Assembly: GCF_001194135.2 (NCBI RefSeq)
Contig: NC_068981.1
Span: 30,238,084 to 30,278,819, forward strand
Origin: Octopus bimaculoides
Taxonomy: Eukaryota
Reading direction: 5' to 3'
DNA: 40,736 nucleotides
The notes under the pieces are model-generated. The model was not told the origin of the DNA. It did no database searches and saw only the letters and a list, made by a program, of their open reading frames with translations. The translations under genes were made by a program, and so were the position numbers. Positions 1 through 10,636 of this stretch are shown piece after piece (the stretch's first letter is position 1; the number at the start of each line of letters is the position of its first letter).

Positions 1-353
1 AGGTCATCAGCATAGAGGAGCTCCCAGGGGCAGCCTGTCTTGAACTCCTCTGTGATTGCCTGGAGGACTATGATAAATAAGAGGGGGCTGAGGACGGAAC
101 CTTGGTGGACCCCTACCTCTACCCGGAATTCATTGCTGTACTCATTTCCAACCCTCACCTTACTGGCAGCATCTCTGTACATGGCTCGCACAGCTCTCAC
201 TAACCATTCTTCTATCCCAAGTTTCCTCATTGACCACCAGATAAGGGATCGGGGGACCCTGTCAAAGGCTTTCTCCATGTCAACGAAAGCCAGGTACAGA
301 GGTTTATCCTTAGCTAGGTATTTCTCCTGCAGCTGTCTCACTAGAAATAAGGC
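1..353 (-). mobile_element. RTE-clade LINE reverse transcriptase fragment (5'-truncated, runs off window start)
   Basis: Stop-free minus frame LVRQLQEKYLAKDKPLYLAFVDMEKAFDRVPR...GVHQGSVLSPLLF...CPWELLYADDL, containing the RT motifs AFD, QG and YADD. Confidence 0.93.
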
Positions 354-814
354 ACACACACGTGTTTTCTGCCACTCTTTCACCTCTACACAAGTGTTTA
401 CTATTGACAGTACTGCTTTCAAAGTAGTAGGGTGTCTATATCAATTAGTTCCTAATGTTTTCACAAATATCAGCATTTCAATGGATATAAATCAATAAAA
501 ATAATTTTTTTTTTTAAATGGTACCTATTCGTATTTAGATTTCTCTGTGTGGTAAAATTTAATCACTGGTTGACACCAACCCTTTTGTTAGCATGTTTTT
601 GTTGGAATACATTGCTTTTGTTTCAGTTATGAAGAATTTTGTAAAATAAAACCTGTTCTAAACAAATTAACTCAGTGGCAGTCTCATGCAGATTGATATT
701 AAAAGTGAAGCAAACATAAATGTTAATATAATCTTACATCTATTGAACTTAATTTCATTTGGTGCATTATGCCCTAATCCAGAGTGCTTTCAACCAGAAA
801 ATGGTAAAGAATTA

Positions 815-1079
815 GGTACTATTCAAGAAGAGTGGTCCCTGTGCGCACACTCGTGCATCCGCGCTAGCTGGTCATGACTAGTCGGTCCTAAACAAAGTAA
901 ATAATTTTTTTGTTGTTGAATCTTCCCCAACTTATTCTTAGAACGTTTTACGTTCTTCCAGTGTGTATTTTGGTGTCACATCTATTTCTGCGCACTGATG
1001 CTAGGTAGTCGTAGGATCGACTAGTCACGACTCACTAGTGCGAGTGCGTGCACTGGGGCCGCTCTTCTTGAATAGTACC
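815..1079. mobile_element. MITE with long TIRs and 8-bp TSD (Merlin-like)
   Basis: Perfect 18-bp terminal inverted repeat GGTACTATTCAAGAAGAG extending imperfectly to about 70 bp. Exact TSD AAGAATTA at 807-814 and 1080-1087. Confidence 0.88.
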
Positions 1080-1486
1080 AAGAATTATATCAGCACCTCA
1101 GGATTTTAGTACAAAATTGATCCCTTCCTGTATAGAAAAATTAGCAAAATTTGCTTATGAAAATTTCTCTATCTGAGGATACTGTTAGATGTATAAATTT
1201 TCTTAAAAGTGATTAAATGAGTAGCTGTGGTTGCTATTGTTAATGATTTGCCTTTTTATCATTAAAACATGTTCCAGATGAAAGTATTGATGCAACATAA
1301 TCTCAAGGTTGTTGACTTGTTTGAGTCCGGATTTCCTAGCCAGGTGCTCTTCTTGTTGACAACTCTTGTTTTCAAGTAAGGGATTTATTTTAGATACCTT
1401 AAAAAATGCCATTACACTGGGCATAGTGTCATCATTACAGCTTTGTTGAACTGGTGATGAGTATAGAATTCAAAACACACATACAT

Positions 1487-1812
1487 AGGTGCAGGAGTGG
1501 CTGTGTGGTAAGTAGCTTGCTCACCAACTGCGTGGCACCTTGGGCAAGTGTCTTTTACAATAGCCTCGGGCCGACCAAAGCCTTGTGAGTGGATTTGGTA
1601 GATGGAAACTGAAAGAAGCCTGTCGTATATATGTGTGTTTGTCCCTCCAACATCGCTTGACAACCGATGCTGGTGTGTTTATGTCCCCGTAACTTAGTGG
1701 TTCGGCAAAAGGGACCGATAGAATAAGTACTAGGCTTACAAAGAATATGTCCTAAAGGCAGTGCTCCTGCATGGCCGCAGTCAAATGACTGAAACAAGTA
1801 AAAGAATAAGAA
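1487..1812 (+). mobile_element. tRNA-derived SINE, family A
   Basis: Starts ggtgcaggagtggctgtgtggtaag and ends gactgaaacaagtaaaag. Same sequence recurs more than 10 times in the window. Confidence 0.85.
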
Positions 1813-2302
1813 AAGAAAGGAATATATATGTGTATATGACAGGTTTCATAAGTTTGCCCGGGTCTATAAAAGATACCCAAAGTACTGTACAGTGGAACCA
1901 AACCAAAAAAAAATGTTAAACTTTAATTACAGGGTACCTTAGATAATTTTGAAAAGAAACTTAGCACAATGTCAAAAAGAAGCTTATACATTTTCTCAGA
2001 CATTGTGACAAATCAAAGGCCTGTTCTATTCATGCTTTACTAAAAAATGAAATCAAGAGAAAATAGAACTTTCCCCACTCTCATACATATAAGCTGAATT
2101 TGGACAACTATGAATTTAAAATTTAGTACATACTTCCTTAGTACACCTTGTAAGAAGAATGCTTCATTTTATAAATTGGTGCTGAAGAACAGCAAGTCTG
2201 TACCAATTTCTAATATGGTTGTATTCCAAGAACGAACAATACCAGCACAATCATTTTCAGGTCATCAGTATAACATTTAAATTTTGTAACAAACATCACC
2301 AT

Positions 2303-2620
2303 AGCACAGGAGTGACTGTGGTAAGTTGCTTGCTTACCAACCACATGGTCCCAGGTTCAGTCCCACTACATGGCACCTTGGGCAAGTATTTTCTGCTATA
2401 GTCTCAGGCGATACCAAAGCCTTGTGAGTGGATTTGGTAGACAGAAAGTGAAAGTAGCCCATCGTGTGTGTGAATATATATATATATATACATACACACA
2501 CACACACGTTTGTGCCCCTGCCATCGCTTAACAACTGATGTTTATGTGTCCCATATCTTAGTGGTTCAGCAAAAGAGACTGACCAGATAAGTACTAGGCT
2601 TACAAAGAAATAAGCTTTTG
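2303..2620 (+). mobile_element. SINE family A, 3'-truncated
   Basis: Shares ggttcagtcccact, ttgggcaagt, aagccttgtgagtggatttggtaga and taagtactaggcttacaaagaa blocks with the 1487 copy. Confidence 0.8.
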
Positions 2621-2922
2621 GACCCCTCCTGATTTGGTATACAGTTAAAAAAAAAAAAATTTTTTTAATCATTACTACTTCTTTACTATATATCAAACCA
2701 GATATTGCTGCCATTTATTACATGATCTACCAATTAATAGCATCATTTCATTCACCTGTTATATTGGTTCATACAGGTCACGAGCAAATTTCCTTTCTGC
2801 TGCTGGATTATTTCACTTTTTATCTTTATTTAATAATGGTCCTTTTCCACTTGCAGTCTCTAGCACATGTTACTACTAAATCCACTGCAAGTTTAACCAA
2901 ACTAAGAAAACCAGTCAAAATA

Positions 2923-4170
2923 TTAGGCTGGTAAAACGTTAGCATTTTTCGATTGGTGATGTACATGTGATCTCTTATCACGACAGGAACATGACATTTT
3001 TTCTGCAAGTGGAGATTTCAATGCATTGTTTTTGAATTTGGTGTAAGGAAGGGCATCCAACTGTGGAAACCATGCTAACTCAGACAGGGGTGTGGTGCAG
3101 CCTTCCAGCCCTGGTCAAGCTGTCCAACCCATGCCAGCATGGACAACAGATGCTAAATGATGTGGATTATTTACTTCTACTGTTCTGATAAAATCGAAAA
3201 TGAAATGCATTTTTGTCAATGTTTTTATTTCTGGAAAAGTAAGATTGCTGTACAAACAGCATAGAAGATCTGTGCCATTTAGGGAGATGGTGTTGTTGCT
3301 GAAAGTACAATACGTAAATGGTTTGCTATGTTTAGAACCAAAAATTCTACCTTGAAGATCGCAAATGTTTTAGCAGGTCTACAGTTAAGGAACAAATAAA
3401 GACTAATAAAAAAAATAATCCATGGCATGGTGGAGATTCTCCATGTATCATGAATGTTACAAACCATTTAAAAACACTGGGTTATGGGAACTGCTATGAT
3501 GTTTGGGTGCATTTCCTATTTTCTTGCAGACTAAACAAAAATTATCCATTTTTGAAAAGGTCACATGATGAGAAATGGATTATTTACAACAAAGAAGAAA
3601 TAAGATGAACCACTTTAATCTCTCCAAAAGCTGGTCTTTATCTCAGGAAGGTGATGCTCTGTATCTGGTGGGATTGGAAGGGCATTGTGTATTATGCTAT
3701 TTCTATGAATTCAGACTTATTGTTCTCAATTAGACTGATTAAAGGAGGCAATTGATGAAAAAATTCCAGAATTGGCCAACTAAAAGGGTGTCTTACATCA
3801 AGACAACTCTAGACCACATATCTTTGCAGACCTGGCAGAAATTGGTGCAGCTTGGGTGTGATGTCCTACTCCACACACTACTCACCTGACCTTGCACCTT
3901 CAAATTATTCCAATTCCTGAAACATTCGCTTAATGGGAAGAACTTAAATTCCTCAAAAAGAGTATCGAAACTACCTAGACCAGTTCATGACCCAGGAAGA
4001 TGACAAGTTCTGAGAGAATGGAATTATGGAGCTGCTTCAAAGATGGTAAAAAGGTAGTGGAACAAAAAAAAAAAAGAAAAGAAAAGGGGGGGGATATGTG
4101 GTTGAGTAAAGGTATGTACAACTATCTAAATATTAATAAATCTTAATACAAACTTTTATATCAACCCCAA
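2923..4170 (+). mobile_element. Decayed mariner (DD34D-type) transposon, near full length
   Basis: Frameshifted transposase remnants VVAESTIRKWFA, DEKWIIYN (3567-3590), KVMLCIWWDWKGIVYY, HQDN (3796) and SPDLAPS. Degenerate TIRs ttaggctggtaaaa / ttggggttgatataaaa with TA flanks. Confidence 0.88.
3038..3162 (+). mobile_element. RTE-type 3' tail nested in the mariner
   Basis: aggaagggcatccaactgt...ccaacccatgccagcatgga...ctaaatgatg, the same tail as at 17090-17240. Confidence 0.7.
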
Positions 4171-4965
4171 TATACACACACAGCCTTAGTTATGGTATGA
4201 TTTCCAAGCCACATTGTACCCTAGGCTATATGCTGGCTTACGCTTAAAATTGAATCCACTGCAGTAACCAAATTTTTAAAACTGATTCCTCCATTTTGTG
4301 TTTCCCAGGCATATACTTAAAAAATACATACCTGGCCTTTATAATCCACCATACCTTCGAAAGTTGTCATCCTTGTTTTTAGGACATTTTGAACAGCTGA
4401 TTAGGATCTTATGTTAAATATGGAACCAAAAATTCCAGAAATAGTGTTCTTATACTGTAAACACTGGTCTCTAAGAAGGTTCATTACTCCAGCAGGTTGT
4501 AATTGTGAGTGGCTTGTTTATACCCATAATACTGGTTGCAAAGTTTGGCACAAGACCAACAAGTTCAGTGGGGATGGGGCTAGTTGAATACCTCAACCCC
4601 AGTGTGCAGCGGGTACTTGATCAGCCCCAGCAAAATTGAAACAAAGAATGTATAAAGATGAATGAAATGCTAAGCATTTTGCCACCTTCCTTATCCCCAA
4701 AATATAGAACTCAGATTTCTTCTAGGCATGCAGGAGACTACAAATTAATCTGTTCCTCTTTACATTCTGCATAATAGATTAGTTTCCGTAGTTATTTTAA
4801 TTAAAAAAAGATCAGTTTCATTTCCTTGGAAAGATTGATTGAGACAAGTCTAAAAAAATATTTAAAGAAAAAAAGAACTGACAAAAGCAGTTCTGAAATT
4901 TTTACTGTGCTTAGGTAGAAATTTGTTTTCTTTATCACTTTCAGAGATGTTGGAATCAATATATT

Positions 4966-5090
4966 CATCATCGTCGCCGTTTAACGTACGCTTTCCATGC
5001 TAGCATGGGTTGGACGATTTGACTGAGGACCAGGAGGCGACACCAGGCTCCAATCTGATTTGGCAGTTTCTACAGCTGAATGCCCTTGGA
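4966..5090 (-). mobile_element. RTE-type 3' tail
   Basis: catcatcgtcgccgtttaacgtacgctttccatgctagcatgggttgga. Confidence 0.75.
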
Positions 5091-5475
5091 AATAGATATA
5101 TCCAATTCAACACCATCACATACGTGGCTTAAGCCATTAACTTCATATTTGATGCTAGAGATCATGAAAGTGTTATCAATTATTCATTAGTGGTAAAAAA
5201 AAAAAAAAAAAAAGAAAATTTCAGAAAATTTGTAATGTGGGGAGAAGAAATCTGGCTACTTTTTGGTTATCTCACCCCCTTTAAAAAAATTGAGTTATTT
5301 CTGTTTAAGAAAAACTGGTACTTTTGGTCATTCCCCCAACTAAAAATTGTTTAAACCTCAGTAAAACAATCAAAAATGTGAAAAAATTAAACATGAAAAG
5401 TGGTAAGATAACATCTTATTGAATTTGATAATATCTTTATAAGAAACTATACTATGCCTATTGAGCAGGCCAAAC

Positions 5476-5960
5476 TGTTTAACATCCGCTTTCCATGCTA
5501 GCATGGATTGGACAATTTGACTGACTGACGAACTAGATAGCTGCACCAGGCTCCAATCTGATCTAGCAGAGTTCCTACAGCTGGATGCCCTTCCTAATGC
5601 CAACCATTCAGTGTAGTGGGTGCTTTTACGTGCCACCAGCACGCGGGCCAGTCAGGTGGTACTGGCAACGGCCATGCTCAAAATGGTGTTTCTTACATGC
5701 TACCTGCACAGGAGCCAGTCCAGCAGCACTGGCAATGACCTCGCTCGAATGTTTTTTCACGTGCCAGTAAGGCAACGCTGGTTACAATCACGCTCAAATG
5801 GTGTTTTTTACGTTCCACCGGCATGGAAGCCAGACAGCTGCTCTGGCAATGATCGCGCTCGGATGGTGCTGTTAGCACTTCACTGGCATAGGTGCCAGTC
5901 ATCGAATTTGGTTCAATTGCAATTTCACTTGCCTCAGCAGTTCTTCTCAAGTGTTGAAAT
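5476..5960 (-). mobile_element. RTE LINE 3' UTR fragment with internal 60-65 bp subrepeats
   Basis: Colinear with the 3' UTR that follows the RTE ORF2 end at 17691. Confidence 0.8.
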
Positions 5961-6171
5961 ATTGAATCAAAAGGATCTCAATCCAATCTGGTTGCCACAG
6001 ACTATTTTTTAATGGGGGTGAGATAACCAAAATGTACCAAAATCTGACAACTCAAATATTACAGAGAGTAAAAATAGAAATGCTGGATATTGTAGTTATC
6101 TTTGGTAGATTGGTAACCTAAACAAAAATTTTCAGGTGGTTTCAAGCAGGTTGGTAAGGAAAGGGTTGAAT

Positions 6172-6440
6172 CAGTGGTTCTAAGCTGTTTTTTAACCTAT
6201 GGACCCCTTTGATTAGCTATGGGAGTCCACCAGAATAAAATAGTATTCAACATTTAAAAACTAATTTTATAGAAACTATCAAAATTCTTATTTTGTTTAT
6301 CACATTAACTTGTGTCGGTTGAATTTTGTAAAACGTTAGAGAAAGAAGCCTAGCTGTTTCATGCAATACATACATCTAATGCAAACTTTTCAAGGGCCAT
6401 TTGTGGATCCCATTTACTATTTTGTTACATAGATCCCAGT
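6172..6440. mobile_element. Degenerate hAT-type MITE fragment
   Basis: Starts cagtggttct...tatggacccctt and shares blocks with 39250-39547. Right end not defined. Confidence 0.4.
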
Positions 6441-6487
6441 CGTTCTCAACTGGGTCAAATGGAAAATAAAGGAGTATTCTGAATTCA

Positions 6488-6493
6488 TTTATT
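6488..6493 (-). promoter_or_regulatory. Candidate polyadenylation signal (AATAAA) for the kinesin gene
   Basis: Plus-strand tttatt about 160 nt downstream of the stop codon. Weak evidence in AT-rich DNA. Confidence 0.35.
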
Positions 6494-6651
6494 CCAAATA
6501 TTTTACAAAAAAATTAAAAACAAAACAAAATGAGTGTTTTAAGTTATTTCACTCAATATACAACTGATAAATGGTACGTAATGATTCGAAATTTTGAAGT
6601 CGTTATTAAAATAAATTTACATCATGTAAATACTAAAACAATTGAAATGAT

Positions 6652-6771
6652 TTATCGTCGGTACTGTTTGGCAATATTTCTTCTGTTGAATTTTCCATTT
6701 GGACCTTTTGGTGTGTTAACTGTATGCAAGCTTGCACATCTTGGTTCCCTTTGACCAGGTTCTCTAGACAG
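6652..6771 (-). CDS. KIFC3-like: Kinesin terminal exon 14
   Basis: Long poly-T tract then ccag acceptor. In frame LSREPGQREPRCASLHTVNTPKGPNGKFNRRNIAKQYRR followed by TAA at 6654-6652. Confidence 0.85.
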   Translation of the reverse strand: MSREPGQREPRCASLHTVNTPKGPNGKFNRRNIAKQYRR

Positions 6772-7124
6772 CTGGAAAAAAAAAAAAAAAAAAAAAAATA
6801 CAATTTGATTCTGATAACAAAATTAAATTCATAAAAGCTACTGAAAATTCAGTTCACATTTTATGATTTAGCAATATGAAATAAGTTTAAACCAGGGAGA
6901 TGGAAATCAAACCACAGCATACAAATATTAAAATTACTATTCATTTTAATGTACACTTATGTAATGTGTGAAGCAGATTTTCAATGGTCAGATGCCTTTC
7001 CTGTCACCAAACCTCTCCCTTTCTAAGTAAGATAATATTTTCTTATAGCTAGACATTNNNNNNNNNNNNNNNNNNNNNNNNNNNNNNNNNNNNNNNNNNN
7101 NNNNNNNNNNNNNNNNNNNNNNNN

Positions 7125-7420
7125 TGGTAGGATTTTCGAGCGAGATCGTTGCCAGTGCCCCCGGACTGGCTCTTGTGCAGGTGGCACATAAGACACCATT
7201 TTGAGCGTGGCCATTGCCAGTACCGCCTGACTGGCCTTCGTGCGAGTGACACGTAAAAGCACCCACTACACTGAGTGGTTGGCATTAGGAAGGGCATCCA
7301 GCTGTAGAAACTGCCAAATTAGATTGGAGCCTGGTGTTGCCATCCGGTTTCACCAGTCCTCAGTCAAATTGTCCAACCCATGCTAGCATGGAAAGCGGAC
7401 GTTAAATGATGATGATGTGA
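7125..7420 (+). mobile_element. RTE LINE 3' end
   Basis: Ends ggaaagcggacgttaaatgatgatgatg. Inverted relative to the 5476 copy. Confidence 0.8.
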
Positions 7421-7543
7421 TGTCTTGATAAGAATACAGTCATACGGACCTTTCATTTTCTGGCATAGCCATAAGGCTGAAACATGTAAAAGAATTTCAA
7501 GATAAGAACCACTTCTAAATGTAAAGAAAAAGAAAAAACTTAC

Positions 7544-7749
7544 TTGAGCATTTGGTGTCCTTAATTCAGTCATTTCGTCTTCCATGCCATTAGCTCCTGT
7601 GTCATTTACTCTTTCTCTTGACCTAACTGGGGTGTCACCAGTCTGTATAGACTGCAGCCTTTGTGCAAATTGCAATGTGCGAAGTGTTTCAGTGAGATGC
7701 AACATACTTGGAGATACTTGAGTTATGAGTAAGGTTTTACTGTTTCCAC
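7544..7749 (-). CDS. KIFC3-like: Kinesin exon 13 (motor end)
   Basis: Acceptor caaacag, donor CAA|GTAAGT. (G)GNSKTLLITQVSPSMLHLTETLRTLQFAQRLQSIQTG...TPNAQ. Confidence 0.95.
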
Positions 7750-7829
7750 CTGTTTGCAGCAACAAAACAATACATAAGCTCTGTATATGTGTATGTGTTC
7801 ACACTGCACAATGTGGGTGAGAAAGAAAA

Positions 7830-8095
7830 TGTTGGATTCCTCTCGGGGGACTCACAGAGAAAAGACAACGAGTTGTACAATTTAGTTATTACATTTATTA
7901 TTTAATTACAGACAAAGAACGCACTCACCGAATGTTCGTCATTAATAAACAAGAATCATGTCCTCGCCATATATATCAATAACATTTAACTTTAACAGTC
8001 ATTCAAAACAACAATGAAACAAGGACCTCAGACGAACAACATTGAAACACAGGACCTCAAACAAACAACGAACAAATCCAGCAGTCCATATAACA
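7830..8095 (-). mobile_element. Probable solo LTR
   Basis: TGTT...AACA termini, identical 5-bp flanks GAAAA (7825-7829 and 8096-8100), minus-strand AATAAA at 7899-7894, and an internal ~30-bp tandem duplication. Confidence 0.65.
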
Positions 8096-8559
8096 GAAAA
8101 GATGAATTCAAATGGAAAGTTTAAGCTACTATTTTGTTCAACAACTGGTTCAATCTAATCAGCTGTATCAAATATAGTGAGAATAATATATATGATCAAT
8201 TATTCTTTTATCATAGAAAGAAACTATGAAATCAAATCTGCCTTGTATTGAGAAGTTGGAGCAAAAGTTTATTCTAATACATGGAATCTGTTATAACACA
8301 ACTAGTGATACAAAAGCATTTATATTGATAATTTTTTTTATTATTTATCTTGGCAGTTAACCCATTAAAACCAGCCATGTCTGGCCCAAATATTCTACCA
8401 GTTTTATGTTCAAATTGGAAGATCTAGCTTCTCACACCGACTCAATGTTATTCTAAAAATAATCACATCACTGAAATATCAGTAGTATGGGATAATGAAT
8501 AAATCTTGTCTAGAGAGAGAGTCATTCGCTTAGTCAAATGACTGAAACAAGCGAAAGAG

Positions 8560-8890
8560 CACTGTGGCCATGCTGGAGCATCGCATTTAGTCGAGCAAAT
8601 CGACCCCAGGACATTCTTTGTAAGCCTAGTACTTATTTTATCAGTTTCTTTTGCCGAACTGCTGAGTTACAGGGAGCTAAACACCAGCATCGGTTGTCAA
8701 GCGATGTTGGGGGAACAAACAGACATACGATGGGCTTCTTTCAGTTTCCATCTACCAAATCCATTAAAGCCTTTGATCAGCCCGAGGCTATCGCAGAAGA
8801 CACTCGCCCGAGGTGCCACACAGTGGGACTGAACCCAGAACCATGTGGTTGGTAAGCAAGCTACTTACCACACAGCCACTCCTGCACCTA
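8560..8890 (-). mobile_element. SINE family A, near full length
   Basis: Reverse complement of the family A sequence, with the head ending ccacacagccactcctgcaccta. Confidence 0.85.
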
Positions 8891-9516
8891 ATAATTTGAC
8901 ACACTCACTGGTCTGATTTCCACTTATTTTTACTAAAATTTTCACTGCATTTTTTGCAATAAGGCACTAAAAGAGTGACTCCTCAGACAAAATATGCTTC
9001 AACACACGAATTCATATAAAGAATTTTGCAAACCAAATACAAAAGTGAAATGAATAAGTTACATTTGAAATAATATGAATGCTAAAGGGTTAACGTATGA
9101 AATCGTTGAAGAGTATACAGGGTATACACTTAACAGGCCTGGCAGCCATGCATGACTTTTGTAGTCTTTACTTGACTGGGAAGGAAGAAATGATTGCAAC
9201 TGAAATGTCTGATCACAGGCCTGCTCAATCAAGAAGGATGACATACGACTTAACAGCTAAAGTCACTGAAATTTTCATATGCAAACCACATCACTTAACA
9301 TCGGTGTATCGGGCCAACATGGGATGGACAGTTTGACAGGATTGGGCAAACCAAAGGATTTCATTAAGTCCCAATATCTGCATTGGCATGGTCTCTAAAG
9401 CTGAACACCCTTTCTAATAACCACTTAAAGTGTCCTGAATAGATTTGTGCCAGGTTACGAGAAGCTAAAGTATGACAGAGACAGTATGAATGTCCAAACA
9501 TCTTTACAATGCTTAC

Positions 9517-9714
9517 CTAAAGAATCCTGGAGGAGATGAGTCAGCTTTGAATTCCGAAAGGGAATGTGAGATCTCTTAATTATTATGGCATTAAGAACAT
9601 CACAAAAAGTACTCAAAGATTTATTAATGAATCCAGCTTCTTTCAGTTGCTGACCATCTACTCCTGACTTTACGACATTTTCTGATCCTGCCAAATCAAT
9701 TAAATACAACTTGC
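9517..9714 (-). CDS. KIFC3-like: Kinesin exon 12 (switch II, helix 4)
   Basis: Acceptor acttttcag, donor TAG|GTAAGC. (G)[17 protein letters not shown]...[17 protein letters not shown](G). Confidence 0.97.
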
Positions 9715-9879
9715 CTGAAAAGTGACATAAAATTTTAGATTAATTTGCGTTTATTGTTTTTCCTTCAGCTTTTCAATTAAAAATTACATTGTTAGCATTA
9801 CAGATACAAAAACTAATCTAAATCAAGCCACCAAAGAGACTAGCACACAAGTTGAAACCAGCTCAATATGGCTATGGTT

Positions 9880-10110
9880 CTACAGTTCTATATTTAAGGG
9901 ATGAGGAATTATGTACTTTATTTACATCCGCACGGGATCACTGCCAGACCAGTTGTTTGGCTTCAATGCCGATGGCATGTAAAAAGCATCATTTGTGCGT
10001 GATTGTTACCAGCGTCGCTGTAGTGGCACGTGAACAAAACATTTGAGCAAGGTCGTTGCCAGTGCCACTGGACCGACTGCCGTGCAGGTGGCAGGTAAAA
10101 AAAACAAAAA

Positions 10111-10154
<44 letters not shown>

Positions 10155-10636
10155 ATACCATTTGAGCGTGGCCGTTGCCAGTACCTCCGAACTGGCCCTC
10201 GTGCCAGTGGCACGTAAAAGCACCCACTATACTATCGGAGTGGTTGGCATTAGGAAAGGCATCTAGCTGTAGAAACTGCCAGATCAGATTGGAGCCTGGT
10301 GCAGCCATCTGGTTCACCAGTCCTCAGTCAAATCGTCCAACCCATGCTAGCATGGAAAGGGAACGTTAAACAATGGTGATTTACATTTGATGGATATTTT
10401 CCTCATCTTGTTTGCTAACACGTTTCAGCTTGGCGTAGTTGTTTAGAGTGAGGGCTACTAACCCTAAGATTCCAAGTTCTATTCCAAGCAGTGACCTGAA
10501 GAATAATAACATCGAAAAATACCTTAGGAATGAGAACCCAGGTTCGAAATTTCCACAAGACACCTGATGAAGGCTGGAGGGTATATTAGCAGAAACTTTA
10601 AGGAACAAGATGACGAATATCCGTCAAATGTAAATA
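9880..10636 (+). mobile_element. Palindromic tRNA-headed element with hammerhead-type arm (copy 1)
   Basis: Inverted left arm 9882-9927 plus 10387-10430, tRNA-like head 10431-10493, right arm 10494-10636. Exact 12-bp TSD ATGGCTATGGTT at 9868-9879 and 10637-10648. Confidence 0.82.
9928..10378 (+). mobile_element. RTE LINE 3' fragment nested in the left arm of copy 1
   Basis: 8-bp TSD ATTTACAT at 9920-9927 and 10379-10386. Ends gaacgttaaacaatggtg. An internal A-run is expanded to about 55 nt. Confidence 0.82.

Noticed and set aside
40-498. 152-aa plus-strand ORF
   Set aside because: Antisense shadow of the RTE reverse transcriptase on the minus strand.
5620-5900. CRISPR-like regular repeats
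   Set aside because: Eukaryotic context, degenerate units, no unique spacers, and the array is part of a LINE 3' UTR.
5585-6012. Overlapping ORFs repeated at 6988-7297, 9963-10369 and 17413-17631
   Set aside because: Chance frames in the GC-richer RTE 3' UTR subrepeats, not genes.
10431-10493. Possible tRNA gene (anticodon-like ACT)
   Set aside because: No acceptor stem or proper T-arm closure, and it is embedded in a repeat. Treated as a SINE-type head.
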